Position numbers and translations under genes: made by a program
Virus record (IMG/VR): IMGVR_UViG_3300014499_000004
Location: 3,761 to 67,760 of that record
Source: a virus
Strand: one strand, 5' to 3'
Length of the DNA: 64,000 nucleotides
Shown: piece by piece, positions 1-10,496 of the stretch
Numbering within the stretch: the first letter of the stretch is position 1
How the letters are laid out: each line of letters starts with the position of its first letter
The notes under the pieces: model-generated
Databases searched by the model: none
Told to the model about the DNA's origin: nothing
Seen by the model: only the letters and a program-made list of their open reading frames with translations

Positions 1-353
1 GAACCATCAATAATTCCACTTCCCAATTTGGTTTCTCTATAGATTGATGCAAGAATTACACCACGATGACGCTTGGGATCAGCATTGTTATGCTCCACAA
101 AGCAAGGACGTCCATTGAATGTTTTGTAAGATTGCTTGACTTGATCTACGGGCCATCCATCATAGTTGGCATTTACTCGTGTACTGATGGCCCTACTAAT
201 CCTATAGAGGTACCCATTTTCAGCATTAGTATTAGGGTTAAACTTAAAGTCTGACCAATCAATACTGTGTTCAGGAATCTTTTCTATATTTGAGAAGTTA
301 GTATCAATACTATGTGGTAGTTTTAGGAAGGGAGCGCCATATTTTCTAAACAT
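1..353 (-). CDS. prohead (capsid maturation) protease, partial (runs off the window)
   Basis: Not in the ORF track. Manual translation from ATG 353 gives MFRKYGAPF...RAISTRVNANYDGWPVDQVKQSYKTFNGRPCFVEHNNADPKRHRGVILAS, resembling N-termini of large actinophage prohead proteases; lies downstream of the portal-like gene. Confidence 0.7.
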   Translation of the reverse strand, partial: MFRKYGAPFLKLPHSIDTNFSNIEKIPEHSIDWSDFKFNPNTNAENGYLYRISRAISTRVNANYDGWPVDQVKQSYKTFNGRPCFVEHNNADPKRHRGVILASIYRETKLGSGIIDG

Positions 354-805
354 TATTTTTTCTTATCCTTAAATAATTTCTGACTATCTTCATATCCACT
401 GTGCCAACCTATGTGTTCAACAAGTCGTTCATTAGTATTTGTTACAGTAATCGCTAATACTTCTACAGTTCTATTTAACAGGTCCACCTTTTCTTCAGTA
501 CGAGCAGCAACATCACCTAAATTATTACTAGTCATTCCATTTCTAGTGATTTTATAATCAATATTAGCAATTTCTGATCTTACTGCTTTGATTACCTCTA
601 ATTTAACTGCTTCTGCTATATCTTGTTTAGAATCGGCTACTACTTTATCTGTAATAGCTTCCGCAATCGCATCTTTGTTATCTTGTCTATTTTTCTTAAT
701 TGCAATATAGAGACTAACCGTTGCCAGTGCAATACCTAAGAGTAAATAAACAGTGCTGAGGTGAACGCCCGACAAGAGATTAACGGAAACACTTGATAGC
801 AACAT
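353..805 (-). CDS. membrane protein (N-terminal TM helix plus coiled coil)
   Basis: Hydrophobic segment VYLLLGIALATVSLYIAI followed by KKNR; TAATG overlap with the next gene. Confidence 0.7.
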   Translation of the reverse strand: MLLSSVSVNLLSGVHLSTVYLLLGIALATVSLYIAIKKNRQDNKDAIAEAITDKVVADSKQDIAEAVKLEVIKAVRSEIANIDYKITRNGMTSNNLGDVAARTEEKVDLLNRTVEVLAITVTNTNERLVEHIGWHSGYEDSQKLFKDKKK

Positions 806-811
806 TAGTCA

Positions 812-988
812 TTAATTATCATAAATTGAATCGTTGAGATTTAACTTATGACTATTTCGAGCAATTTGATGTTCACCCTCTTGTATAATTGCCAACTTTG
901 TTAGCGGAGAAGTTACACTGAGAAAGGACCCTTCATAAACAGCATATTTTGGAAGTGTAACATTATCTTCACCTAGCAAGAATGACAT
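812..988 (-). CDS. small hypothetical protein (58 aa)
   Basis: Manual ORF MSFLLGEDNV... with GAAAGG upstream, filling the gap. Confidence 0.4.
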   Translation of the reverse strand: MSFLLGEDNVTLPKYAVYEGSFLSVTSPLTKLAIIQEGEHQIARNSHKLNLNDSIYDN

Positions 989-1034
989 TTTAACGACCTT
1001 TCATTACCTAGGTTAAGTTTACACTTTAGTTACA

Positions 1035-4000
1035 CTATTTATCTTTTGTGTCGTCTGGTTTTTTGCGATTTGGGAATTCTTGTGACCCGAATGTAACTTT
1101 AGGACCCATATCCTCTGTATTCACTACAGTAATGGCTTTGTTATCAAAACCCATCATTTCACTCTTATGCTTATCGAAATCCATATTAGTGGGGATGATG
1201 TCTTCATTCAATTTGTCATCGAAGTCATTATCTTCTGGGCCAACGACGTTAGACTCTAAAATCTTTGCAATATGATCTTTCATATAAATTTCATCATATT
1301 TTTCGTAATTATCATCAACAACGATTTTTTGACCATTAGCTAACTTCATTTGAGTTCTAAACTGTGATTCCCATGGAACAGAAAACTTCATTCTATCTCC
1401 ATAGGTTATTTCTCGTTCACCATCAAACTCTTCAGTAACTGATGCCTGCTTGGGGTTACTCTTGCGATACTTACCCCACTCTCCACCTTCTTCACCAACA
1501 TTAGATACTATGGCACCCTCTTCGATGATAATGTCATCGCCAGTCTTTTTAGATGTGACTACCATCTCATTATCTTCAATACTGGCAGTCTTCTTCTGTG
1601 GACCATTTGGTTTACCCGATTTAGATTGCTTCGGTTGTGTCTTCTTTTGCTCATGAGATTCTGGTGGATGCTTCTTTTGAGTACCCAAACTATCTAGAGT
1701 TTCTTGGTTGGCAATAGATGGATACATATTAGGAATACCATTCACATCAGTATGAACAGGTGTTCCACCAATATTTGGAGTAGGAGAAGGCGAACCAAGA
1801 CCCTGTATAGCACCAGGTCGTAGTTGTTCAGCTAATTGTGGATCTTGTAGTTGCATAATGTACGCTTCATACTCGGCTTGATATTCCATAGGAATAGGTA
1901 GTTGTAATTGGAAGCACCTATCAAAGATATCTTTCTTAACTTGCTGTTCTGCAATTACTAGATCGACCTTTTCTCTCTTAACGGTTTCTATTTCATCCTC
2001 AAAGTCAAGACCAGCATTTCGAGTAAATGTCTGAAAGCTAACAGGAAGACCCATACCAGCTAACTGTTGTAGGAATTGATGCTCAATATTTTCATCCTGT
2101 AGTGACATACTTTGGAAGATAATATCAGGGATAGCGAGTTTTGGGCGTTCTTCAACGAACTGAGCACCAGTTTCTTCATCAACAACTAACACAGTTTCCA
2201 TGATTGGTACTGGGTGCCCACCGACATTACGATATTCGTAGAATCCTTGACGTTCAGCAACAGCTCGCATACGACCTTGGATAAAATGCTTAATTTGGTG
2301 TTGATGGGTAGTTAACATCTGTGTAATTAGTTCACGGTTAAGAGCACCACTAGCATAGGTTGCACCACTCTTACCACCCTGTAATAGTTCAGAGCCAATA
2401 CCAAAAACCATCATGTAGTTAGCCTGGATTCGGTAGAAGTCATCATCCAATCGAGGCATAGATTCTCTACCGAATGCATTCTGAATTTCTAGACCGTGAT
2501 GATATACCATTAATCTAAAGTCAGCATTAATAGCCATTGCTAAGTCATCTCGCAAAGCACCTAATTCCTCAGCATCAGGAATCCAAGGACCATCTCCATC
2601 AGCATCAGGTAAACCTAGTGTTGCCAAAATAAGTGGCGAATACAATCTATCAGAGATTGCTTCCATACTGGCTTGCAAACTTTCTTCCATCATTAACTGA
2701 CGGAAGGCCCTCATAAGAAGAGGAGTACCGTGTTCAGCCCAAGGGTTGGTATTTTTGGTGACTAAACCAGCACTAACATGTGTGTGTGCCCCGGCGATAC
2801 AAAGTGCATAAGTTTCTTGCTCTCCAGCCACTTTTATCTCTTTAATCGTATCCCACTCTAAAACAGATGAAGACACAACCTGTTGGTCCCACATCTGTTT
2901 TAGTTGTTTTCTAGGAAGCAATGGAGTTAGCTTCTCCCGGAGAATATCAACACCTTGATAAGATTCAACTTTAATATGATGAGGACTACGGGTGGTTGGG
3001 ACACCAAGAACAGATAGTAATAGCTGAGTATCATCCAGCAACTTCTGGTTGTAACTTGCCCAATCATAAGCATTATACGTTTTCTGTGATTTCTGGTCAG
3101 TACGAGAAACTAGACAGCCATCAGAGTCTAAATATCCAGAGAGAAAAGCCCATTTAGCCTCTTCTGAGCCTTCCCATATTAATTGGGGAACTCTCTTCTC
3201 TTGACATTTTTGTCCAAATATACCTAGGTCACGGAAAAGATTCCGTAGGTTATTCGATCCAGTTGAAAACTTGGTTTTCCCATTAGTTCCATCATTAACG
3301 ATAGCAAAACTGCTCTTAAATTTCTTGTGTAGAACACAATCATATTGCTTAACAAATTCTTCAACCCAATCGATAAGGACTTGTTCTTCATTATGAAATT
3401 CAAAGCAATGAGAATAATAAGATCCATCACCTACCATAAGTCCCAAGAAATAAGCAAGATCTACAGGCACTTCTTTTGACTTAAGATCAATAGACGTACC
3501 TATACGTATTTTATCTCCTGGTGATAAGTCTATTGCATTTATCATGCCGGTTGGTGTTAAGAAAGGATGATCCAAAGTACAAGTAAGTGTGCGGCCTTTC
3601 TTTGTAGTGACTGTTACTACGGGGGAAGCCTCTTTTACAGAATTATGTTCTACATAACTAGTAACTGGAGTGTCTGCAGTAATATCCCATGCTATAACAG
3701 GATCACCAATCTGAAGATCCTCAACTGGACGTGGACCAGTTGGAGTTAACATATCAGTTCCTGCTACCAGACACTTATAGGGAATGCCCTTCATAATCAC
3801 ATCTGAAACAGGGATCTCAACATCTTTTCTGGCGTATTCTACTACGTCAGGATACATAGCCATAAGCATGGCAAATTCTTTTTCTGGTTGTCTAGTCTCT
3901 ACTAACTTTTTAACTTCTTCTGGAACTTTAATATGATACTGATAAGTTCTCAGAGCTCTGTTCTTGGCAACAACAACATCATTGGGGTTAATTAGTTCAT

Positions 4001-5783
4001 CAGCTTCCCAAGCACCAATACCATCATTCCATGAACCAAGTGCGAATACATCACCAATGAGCCAGTGCTCACGACTTAATGAATACAGAAAATCTTGATA
4101 CTGTAAACCATCCCAAAACAACTCTGAGAAAAATTCATTAACTCTTTTATCAGGGTGGGCAAATTCCATTCCCAGCAATGGGAATCGAGAATAGATATCG
4201 ATCATTGAAGGAACTAGATAGTGAGTGGTGTAAATTAACCTTGCCCAGTCACGAATCTTTCGAGTTTGTTCGTCGGGATCCTCCATGTTGAACCACCATG
4301 TATTTTTTTGCGCCAATGATTCGACAACAAAACTATGGTCTTCTGTGATGGTAAAACTATAAATTGGCCCTGAATAATCTTCTTCAACTACTGATTTTAC
4401 AGGAACCCAATAACCTGTATCCGTTCTTTCAATTGGAAAACGACGTATATTTTCTTCGATAAATTTTGGATCATTATCAAAAATATCAACACCAAGCCAC
4501 TGCAAAAAACGTGGGTTATCAGAACGATTAATATTTACATTTTTGCCTTCTGTATTACTTGAGAAGGATTTAGTTGTACGTTTATAAATTGATGGGAAAA
4601 ATCCATTTCTTTCTAAGAGAAGAACAAGTTGGTCTGTAAGAGCATTTGAAGATGAGAAGAATGAACTTTCGACAGGTTGGTAACAACCATCTCCATCGAA
4701 GTAACCACGTAGAAGTGCCTTCTGCTTATTCTCTGGAAGGTGCATCATCCATTCTGGTAAATGCTTATTATATGCACCAGAACCAAATGTATTTCTGAAC
4801 CACTGTACTAATGCTTGACTAGTAATTATTACATTGATTGTATTATCAATATGTGAACGATCATCGATATGCCCATCTAGATCGAAGACTTTTTTTGCAT
4901 AATCAAGTATTTGATTTGCATATTCTGTCTCATTTTTATTTAGAGAAAAGGTAAGAGATTTATCACGATTTCCGCATGAACCCTCAGCAATATATAGACC
5001 ACTGAGCCACATCAATTCTTCCGTAACAGGGATTGAGATCGGAAGATTATTAATTGGTCGTCCAATATTCTTATACTGTCCAGATTTATGATGTGTAATA
5101 TATCCATCTTTAACAGTAAATTCATCATCATTTAGAGAATCAATTATAGATATTTCTTCATAGTCTTCAATAGAATTATCCACGGGAACAAAAACTAGAT
5201 CTCCGCGCTTTAGATGATTAATATGTACCCAGTCGATTACATCATTTCTTTTTGTCCAAAAAGGATGTCCCTCTGTTAAAGTAACTGGAAATCTATACTG
5301 AGGAGTTACTGTATAAATCTTACCGTCATATTGTTGTGTTTTTGTATCGAGAACTCTACGGTAACGACCCATATGTGTCAAAGCTTTATCACCACAAACT
5401 ACATCTTCAACCTTTTTAGCACCATCCAACAAACTCATCCACTGTCCAGGTAAAATACATCTCTCTCTAAACCACTCAAATGGGTCATGGAGTTTAGGCA
5501 TTGCCCACTCGGAGTTGGTGCCCATGGATGCACCAGTACGCTGATTTCTACTAACTGCTGGACCTATATTATCGCTAGGTAAATATAATTCTTTTTTGTT
5601 AGCACTAAAACTATTTAACCGCTCTCTACCAGCAGACATTCGGGTATAGTTTTTTACGTCTTGCGAGAGATTACCGTATCTACCAGTATCAACTGTACTT
5701 TGTGCGCGAAGACGATTAAAGAGAGGATTCCTCTTCATCTCATTTAATTGAGTAGAGGCCGACCAGTCTTTTTCGTTTGGCAT
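1035..5783 (-). CDS. portal-like protein precursor with two inteins (about 855 aa after splicing)
   Basis: Extein motifs RDWARLIYTTHYLVPSMIDIYSRFPL and HGTPLLMRAFRQLMMEESL typical of large-phage portals; next to the prohead protease. Confidence 0.75.
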   Translation of the reverse strand: MPNEKDWSASTQLNEMKRNPLFNRLRAQSTVDTGRYGNLSQDVKNYTRMSAGRERLNSFSANKKELYLPSDNIGPAVSRNQRTGASMGTNSEWAMPKLHDPFEWFRERCILPGQWMSLLDGAKKVEDVVCGDKALTHMGRYRRVLDTKTQQYDGKIYTVTPQYRFPVTLTEGHPFWTKRNDVIDWVHINHLKRGDLVFVPVDNSIEDYEEISIIDSLNDDEFTVKDGYITHHKSGQYKNIGRPINNLPISIPVTEELMWLSGLYIAEGSCGNRDKSLTFSLNKNETEYANQILDYAKKVFDLDGHIDDRSHIDNTINVIITSQALVQWFRNTFGSGAYNKHLPEWMMHLPENKQKALLRGYFDGDGCYQPVESSFFSSSNALTDQLVLLLERNGFFPSIYKRTTKSFSSNTEGKNVNINRSDNPRFLQWLGVDIFDNDPKFIEENIRRFPIERTDTGYWVPVKSVVEEDYSGPIYSFTITEDHSFVVESLAQKNTWWFNMEDPDEQTRKIRDWARLIYTTHYLVPSMIDIYSRFPLLGMEFAHPDKRVNEFFSELFWDGLQYQDFLYSLSREHWLIGDVFALGSWNDGIGAWEADELINPNDVVVAKNRALRTYQYHIKVPEEVKKLVETRQPEKEFAMLMAMYPDVVEYARKDVEIPVSDVIMKGIPYKCLVAGTDMLTPTGPRPVEDLQIGDPVIAWDITADTPVTSYVEHNSVKEASPVVTVTTKKGRTLTCTLDHPFLTPTGMINAIDLSPGDKIRIGTSIDLKSKEVPVDLAYFLGLMVGDGSYYSHCFEFHNEEQVLIDWVEEFVKQYDCVLHKKFKSSFAIVNDGTNGKTKFSTGSNNLRNLFRDLGIFGQKCQEKRVPQLIWEGSEEAKWAFLSGYLDSDGCLVSRTDQKSQKTYNAYDWASYNQKLLDDTQLLLSVLGVPTTRSPHHIKVESYQGVDILREKLTPLLPRKQLKQMWDQQVVSSSVLEWDTIKEIKVAGEQETYALCIAGAHTHVSAGLVTKNTNPWAEHGTPLLMRAFRQLMMEESLQASMEAISDRLYSPLILATLGLPDADGDGPWIPDAEELGALRDDLAMAINADFRLMVYHHGLEIQNAFGRESMPRLDDDFYRIQANYMMVFGIGSELLQGGKSGATYASGALNRELITQMLTTHQHQIKHFIQGRMRAVAERQGFYEYRNVGGHPVPIMETVLVVDEETGAQFVEERPKLAIPDIIFQSMSLQDENIEHQFLQQLAGMGLPVSFQTFTRNAGLDFEDEIETVKREKVDLVIAEQQVKKDIFDRCFQLQLPIPMEYQAEYEAYIMQLQDPQLAEQLRPGAIQGLGSPSPTPNIGGTPVHTDVNGIPNMYPSIANQETLDSLGTQKKHPPESHEQKKTQPKQSKSGKPNGPQKKTASIEDNEMVVTSKKTGDDIIIEEGAIVSNVGEEGGEWGKYRKSNPKQASVTEEFDGEREITYGDRMKFSVPWESQFRTQMKLANGQKIVVDDNYEKYDEIYMKDHIAKILESNVVGPEDNDFDDKLNEDIIPTNMDFDKHKSEMMGFDNKAITVVNTEDMGPKVTFGSQEFPNRKKPDDTKDK
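2751..3773 (-). mobile_element. intein 2 with LAGLIDADG homing endonuclease (341 aa)
   Basis: Starts CLVAGT, block B TLDHPF, motifs GLMVGDG and GYLDSDG, ends VTKN followed by Thr. Confidence 0.9.
4302..5459 (-). mobile_element. intein 1 with LAGLIDADG homing endonuclease (386 aa)
   Basis: Starts CILPG, block B TEGHPF, endonuclease motifs GLYIAEG and GYFDGDG, ends AQKN followed by Thr. Confidence 0.9.
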
Positions 5784-5790
5784 TAACTAT

Positions 5791-5819
5791 ATTATATCTT
5801 ATTTTTGCGAAAATTGCAA
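5791..5819 (-). promoter_or_regulatory. sigma70-type promoter, probably leaderless portal mRNA
   Basis: TTGCAA-17-TATAAT, then 7 nt to ATG 5783. Confidence 0.6.
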
Positions 5820-5835
5820 ATTCTAATAGATAAAA

Positions 5836-6018
5836 TTACATTCCGCAAGAGCATGAATCAATGCCAGGAGCTCGTTCATGACCACAGTGATAGAAGGAAG
5901 TTTCACCAGATAAGATAATTACTCTTCCCCCACGAATTGCACTACCACTTAACGTGTAATTTGTTCCCACACGTCGCAGGGTTGCTGTCTTAATACGTTG
6001 TTCGCGTTCCATTGACAT
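5836..6018 (-). CDS. small Cys-containing hypothetical protein
   Basis: AAAGGA before MSMERE; C-terminal CGH...CSCG. Confidence 0.55.
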   Translation of the reverse strand: MSMEREQRIKTATLRRVGTNYTLSGSAIRGGRVIILSGETSFYHCGHERAPGIDSCSCGM

Positions 6019-6026
6019 AATATCCT

Positions 6027-6764
6027 TTATGGGCCAAGCCAAGTATGATTACTTGGGAGATTAGGAATAATTGATGGACCAGGAGTACTAACTATAACTC
6101 CACTAATAAGAGAATAGATTTTTGGAGCACTAATAGTAAGAGATCCCAATGAACTGTTAGTATCCAAAGCATTGGAGCCCACACCCATGGCAGAAAGATC
6201 AAGGAACATCCCAGTAGTTGACCAGTTGATAACTCCTGTACCACCACTTGCGACTAATCGATATGCATTATAAGCAAAACCAGACGCTTGAGGTTGACCC
6301 ATAAAGTAAGTTGTCTGAGCAGATGATACAGTCGTCTGAATTACGGCTACCCAACCACTAGTTGAATAACGATTTAGATTTCCTTGTAAAGTAACTACAC
6401 AAGAACCGGCCCAACCAGATACTGCAAAAAGACTTACACTAGTGTAAGTTGCATCATTAATTGACGTTTGTGAATCAAACGAACAAATTGGTCCAATATC
6501 AATACTATTTCCATATCCCCATGGGTTGGTACCACTAATGGGGTTAAGACCAGGATTTAATGAACCTGGTACTGTACCAGATGGTGTACCATATTGACTT
6601 TGCGTTGGATAAGGAGGATAACCAATCTGAGTACCACTAGGATTAATAGCACTTAGTAGTGCTCCGCTAGGGGGAGTTCCATTCCAAAATAAATTAGTAA
6701 ATTGGCCAAGAGGCCAAGTGTATTTAACTTGTCTTGGTCCTACTCCTTCAGCCCAATTAGCCAT
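6027..6764 (-). CDS. putative virion structural protein
   Basis: 245 aa G/S/T/P-rich, beta-type composition; in the structural cluster. Confidence 0.55.
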   Translation of the reverse strand: MANWAEGVGPRQVKYTWPLGQFTNLFWNGTPPSGALLSAINPSGTQIGYPPYPTQSQYGTPSGTVPGSLNPGLNPISGTNPWGYGNSIDIGPICSFDSQTSINDATYTSVSLFAVSGWAGSCVVTLQGNLNRYSTSGWVAVIQTTVSSAQTTYFMGQPQASGFAYNAYRLVASGGTGVINWSTTGMFLDLSAMGVGSNALDTNSSLGSLTISAPKIYSLISGVIVSTPGPSIIPNLPSNHTWLGP

Positions 6765-6765
6765 A

Positions 6766-7383
6766 TTAATTTCCTTCTAGAAGTCTGACGATTTCCATCT
6801 CTGATTTTAATTCAGGATGCTCTTTCAAAAACTCCTGCGACTTTAAAGCTAATTGCTCATCAAAATCGTCCACTTCTTCATCGTCCCCTAGGAATTCACC
6901 CGAAAATACTGGTGCGGTAGAATCGTTTTCGTAGTCATAAATGAAGTTATTATCTATCTCTTCAGATTCTTTTGTATTTGCCATTAAAGCTTTTTTGGTT
7001 CTATAGGCATCTGCTTTAAATGGAATTACGTTATTTGGTCCTGCAAAATCTTGTATTGCACTAACAATATGAGTTGATAATACTTTTACATCTAGACTTG
7101 GATCTGGTTTTTTATATAGATTCTTGAGGAATTCACTAGCTGAAATAATCATTTCAGTATTTAAGTTTTTACCTTTTAGTGCAGCAACCTGATTCTGTTT
7201 AGAATCCCATGTATAACTTATCTTATTACCATTATAATCAAAAAGATTACCTATAATAAATTCATCTTTTCGAGATGTTTCAATATAAGTATCTATCGCA
7301 ACAAATGTAACTTCTGGGGAAACTACTTCAACCGGATCTATTGAACGAGATACAATTTTTGTTGTAGAAAGTCTAAGTACCAT
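6766..7383 (-). CDS. hypothetical protein
   Basis: 205-aa ORF; TGCTATACT 8 nt before the ATG. Confidence 0.7.
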   Translation of the reverse strand: MVLRLSTTKIVSRSIDPVEVVSPEVTFVAIDTYIETSRKDEFIIGNLFDYNGNKISYTWDSKQNQVAALKGKNLNTEMIISASEFLKNLYKKPDPSLDVKVLSTHIVSAIQDFAGPNNVIPFKADAYRTKKALMANTKESEEIDNNFIYDYENDSTAPVFSGEFLGDDEEVDDFDEQLALKSQEFLKEHPELKSEMEIVRLLEGN

Positions 7384-7402
7384 ACTAAACTAGTATAGCA
7401 TA

Positions 7403-7864
7403 CTACCTTTGATTAATCAAACGGTAATTTGCTTTCTCTTCAGTAGAAGCTACTTTGTCATCCCAAATAACTGAGAATTCATTAGTTCCTTCTGAGATAA
7501 CTGTTCCTTGAATTCCTTGAGCAGCGACACGGCCTTTTACAACTGAACCATCCTGTACAAGCACAGTACCAAATACAGAATCTTTTGAGGCAGAAACCAA
7601 CTGATTATATGGAGCGGTCTGTTGGGCTGGATTGTCAGTGTCACGACCATGTTGAGTTCCATGAGCAATGTCCCAGTCAATGCGTTCTGCCCATCCATTT
7701 CGAAGTTCTTGCTTTGAGTTCTCATTGCGTTGTAGGTCACTCTGGGACTCATCAACGAAGTCGTTGGGAAGAGCCTGATTTGGGGCAACAAAATCGTCAT
7801 CTACCTCAGAACCTTCTGAGAAGAGATCAGCGACTTTAATGTTTAATTTAGAAGTTGTGGTCAT
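7403..7864 (-). CDS. hypothetical, possible head protein
   Basis: 153 aa, AAAGGA RBS, KVA motif near the N-terminus. Confidence 0.7.
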   Translation of the reverse strand: MTTTSKLNIKVADLFSEGSEVDDDFVAPNQALPNDFVDESQSDLQRNENSKQELRNGWAERIDWDIAHGTQHGRDTDNPAQQTAPYNQLVSASKDSVFGTVLVQDGSVVKGRVAAQGIQGTVISEGTNEFSVIWDDKVASTEEKANYRLINQR

Positions 7865-7904
7865 AAATTTCCTTTACGATAACTATGGTAAGTTCCAATA
7901 GAGA

Positions 7905-10496
7905 TTAACTGTAATTCATTTGAGGTACATCGGGGGTAATATCAGGAGTAGAGGAATTAGTTGGTTCTACCATATGTACTTGAGTTCTTTGCATTTTTTG
8001 TACCTTAAGTTTCTTATCAGTATCATAAGTATCATCTGCATTTTCTTCAACCGGATTTAACTTATTTTCTTCTTTTGCAGAGGTTTTAGGTGAAGTTTCT
8101 TCACCTGGGGAATCAAATAGAGTATTTAAGTCAAAACCATCTGTATCAAGACTCCTACCTTCTTCTTGAGCAGGAGGTCCAGTTAATCCTGGACGATCTC
8201 GCATTTTTTGACTATTGAACTTTGGTTCTGGTATATAAGGCTTAAACTTTTCTGGTCGTTTACCATTTTTAATCTGTTTAGCGAAGTGTTGAACAACAGG
8301 GTTATTAGCCCACATTCCATGTTCAACTTCTTGTGTACTAAATGGGTTATTAAGTTGGTATAAGGGGTTTCCAACATATACTGATTCTTTTGGACCACCC
8401 TGACGGATCTCCTCTGGAAATTTAACCTTTTCTTTAGCAAGAACTGGTTCTGGACTTCTACCTGGGACACCTGTTTCTTCTGCTGGCAAAGAAGTGTATT
8501 CTGATTTTTCTGTTGGAGGTTCTATAGTGTGATTGACCACATAATGTTCTCTTTGTATCCTATTAGGGACACATGTAGCTCTATCTGCTGGTAGTTCTAC
8601 TACACGTCCAAAGTTCTCTGGAGTCCACTGTGGGGTTGAACCTCTAAGATCTTGTTTAGCTAATCCAGATTCCATAGGTCTTTTTAAACGTGCTCCTACA
8701 GTTTGAAGAATAGCTTTGCCATTTGGCTTAGTGTATTTTCCTGTTACTAGTCTACTGTTAATACCAGTAGTGACGCCTTCTCTAGGGCTATCAGAAGGAT
8801 TATGATAATCAACCATACATCCAACATCTGGTTCATGGTCTTCACCAGGATCATGGTCACAACCAAGACCGTTATGGACTTCACGCCAATTTTCGTCATT
8901 TTTAAAATATGGCATGGGGTCCGTGATACCCATTTTATGTTTGCCTAAATCAAGTACGCTACCGCTTTGGTGAGGTATTTTTCTACCCTGCCTAAATTGT
9001 TGAGCAGTTAGAGCAGTAGCGATTTCAGGGTCCATATCCTTACCTATGACAGGAGAAAGTTTTTTTCTCAAAGCTCCTCTTAACTGTCCAAAAATATCCA
9101 GGTTTTCGCTAACAGTTTGAAGATTATCTCTCCAACCTCTATAAGAAGGACGTAAACCAAGATCGCGTTTTTTGCTCTTTGCCTTTACTTGTTCATCGGG
9201 TTCGTTCTCCTGTGTTTCAGTTGCTGCTTCAAGATCCTTCATACCCTTAAACATTTTGGACATAGTAGAACGCTTTTCGCTAAGGGACTTTTGCCCCTTT
9301 AACATAGATTTAGTTTTCTCTAGTGCTTTAGAAGGATTATTTACAAATGGACGCAACATATCAGATTCATCCATTTGGCGAACTGTTATAGGACCTCCAT
9401 GTAGACGCTTATTCTGTTCAGGCGTTAAAGTTCTTCTAGATGGAGTTAATGGAGCTAATGATAATCCTTCTGGTAAAAAGTCTTCTTCTGGTGAATCTTT
9501 AGGACCTTCTGGTTTACCAAAAAAATCATCTCCTGATTCATCGGGTTTGGCTGTTTTGCTATTGAAACTATTTTTAATCCTTTTAAAGAAGTTACTTGCA
9601 GTTCTTTGACGATCTGGGTCTAGTAGTTCTGTCTTTGATAGGAAGTCCATATAAGATGGCTCTTTTGCACTATGAATCGGAGGTACGGGGGGAGTAAGCA
9701 TTCCGACTTCGTGTGGAGTTATTCCATCAAAGTCCGATAAGTTATTTTTACTCTCATAGTCGTACTTTGATTCTACACCTCTAATTTTCCAGAGAAGTTT
9801 CAACGGAAGTAGGCGTTGTCCTTCAAAATAATTTTTATCATAAGGGCCTAATTCATTACCAGCACCTTCAGCGTCAGGTTTAGTATAAGTATCTTTCCCG
9901 TCAACATGTGGGCACTTAACCTGAAGAATTGGTGTATAAGGAGATGCGATAGTTCTCTTTTTAGAACCATTACATGTAGGACAAACAATATCATGCTTAG
10001 CTTCACCAGTTTGAGCAAATCCAGGTTTATCAGATCCTTTACCAAGGCATGTAGGACATTCTTTTATAGGAATATTATTCTTATTCCCATTGCAGGTTGG
10101 ACATGGTATTTCGTTAATTTCATCAACACCACCGCCATAAGCTGGAACTACTTTTTTACCTCGATTAAAACAATCTGGGCAAACACTTGGTTTATAAACA
10201 CCGGGTCCTTGCCCAACTCCACGAGCAGTTATAGCACCCTCTCTACAGGTCTTACATTCTGTATAAGTAGGAGATCCAGCAGTTATTTTCCCAGTACTAT
10301 TGCAACCCGAACAACCAGGAACTTTTTTTCTACGGATTTTGTTAGCTGTTGGTTCACCAGATAAGGAATATGGAATTACTGCAACCGAACCAGAATTTTT
10401 TCCGGATTTAGTACTGCATAGACGACATGATCTTTCATCTTCTGCTAATTTAATTAGTTTTGTTTTGGGAGAAAAAAAGATTTTCATATTAGTCAA
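7905..10496 (-). CDS. large protein with DnaJ-type CxxCxGxG zinc-finger repeats
   Basis: CSGCNSTG, CKTCREG, CPDCFNRG, CPTCNGNK, CPTCLGKG, CPTCNGSK; no J-domain HPD seen. Confidence 0.75.
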   Translation of the reverse strand: MTNMKIFFSPKTKLIKLAEDERSCRLCSTKSGKNSGSVAVIPYSLSGEPTANKIRRKKVPGCSGCNSTGKITAGSPTYTECKTCREGAITARGVGQGPGVYKPSVCPDCFNRGKKVVPAYGGGVDEINEIPCPTCNGNKNNIPIKECPTCLGKGSDKPGFAQTGEAKHDIVCPTCNGSKKRTIASPYTPILQVKCPHVDGKDTYTKPDAEGAGNELGPYDKNYFEGQRLLPLKLLWKIRGVESKYDYESKNNLSDFDGITPHEVGMLTPPVPPIHSAKEPSYMDFLSKTELLDPDRQRTASNFFKRIKNSFNSKTAKPDESGDDFFGKPEGPKDSPEEDFLPEGLSLAPLTPSRRTLTPEQNKRLHGGPITVRQMDESDMLRPFVNNPSKALEKTKSMLKGQKSLSEKRSTMSKMFKGMKDLEAATETQENEPDEQVKAKSKKRDLGLRPSYRGWRDNLQTVSENLDIFGQLRGALRKKLSPVIGKDMDPEIATALTAQQFRQGRKIPHQSGSVLDLGKHKMGITDPMPYFKNDENWREVHNGLGCDHDPGEDHEPDVGCMVDYHNPSDSPREGVTTGINSRLVTGKYTKPNGKAILQTVGARLKRPMESGLAKQDLRGSTPQWTPENFGRVVELPADRATCVPNRIQREHYVVNHTIEPPTEKSEYTSLPAEETGVPGRSPEPVLAKEKVKFPEEIRQGGPKESVYVGNPLYQLNNPFSTQEVEHGMWANNPVVQHFAKQIKNGKRPEKFKPYIPEPKFNSQKMRDRPGLTGPPAQEEGRSLDTDGFDLNTLFDSPGEETSPKTSAKEENKLNPVEENADDTYDTDKKLKVQKMQRTQVHMVEPTNSSTPDITPDVPQMNYS

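Noticed and set aside
66-254. 62-aa plus-strand ORF
   Set aside because: Antisense to the prohead protease reading frame
7905-10496. dnaJ chaperone
   Set aside because: Only the CxxCxGxG repeats are present; no J-domain HPD motif
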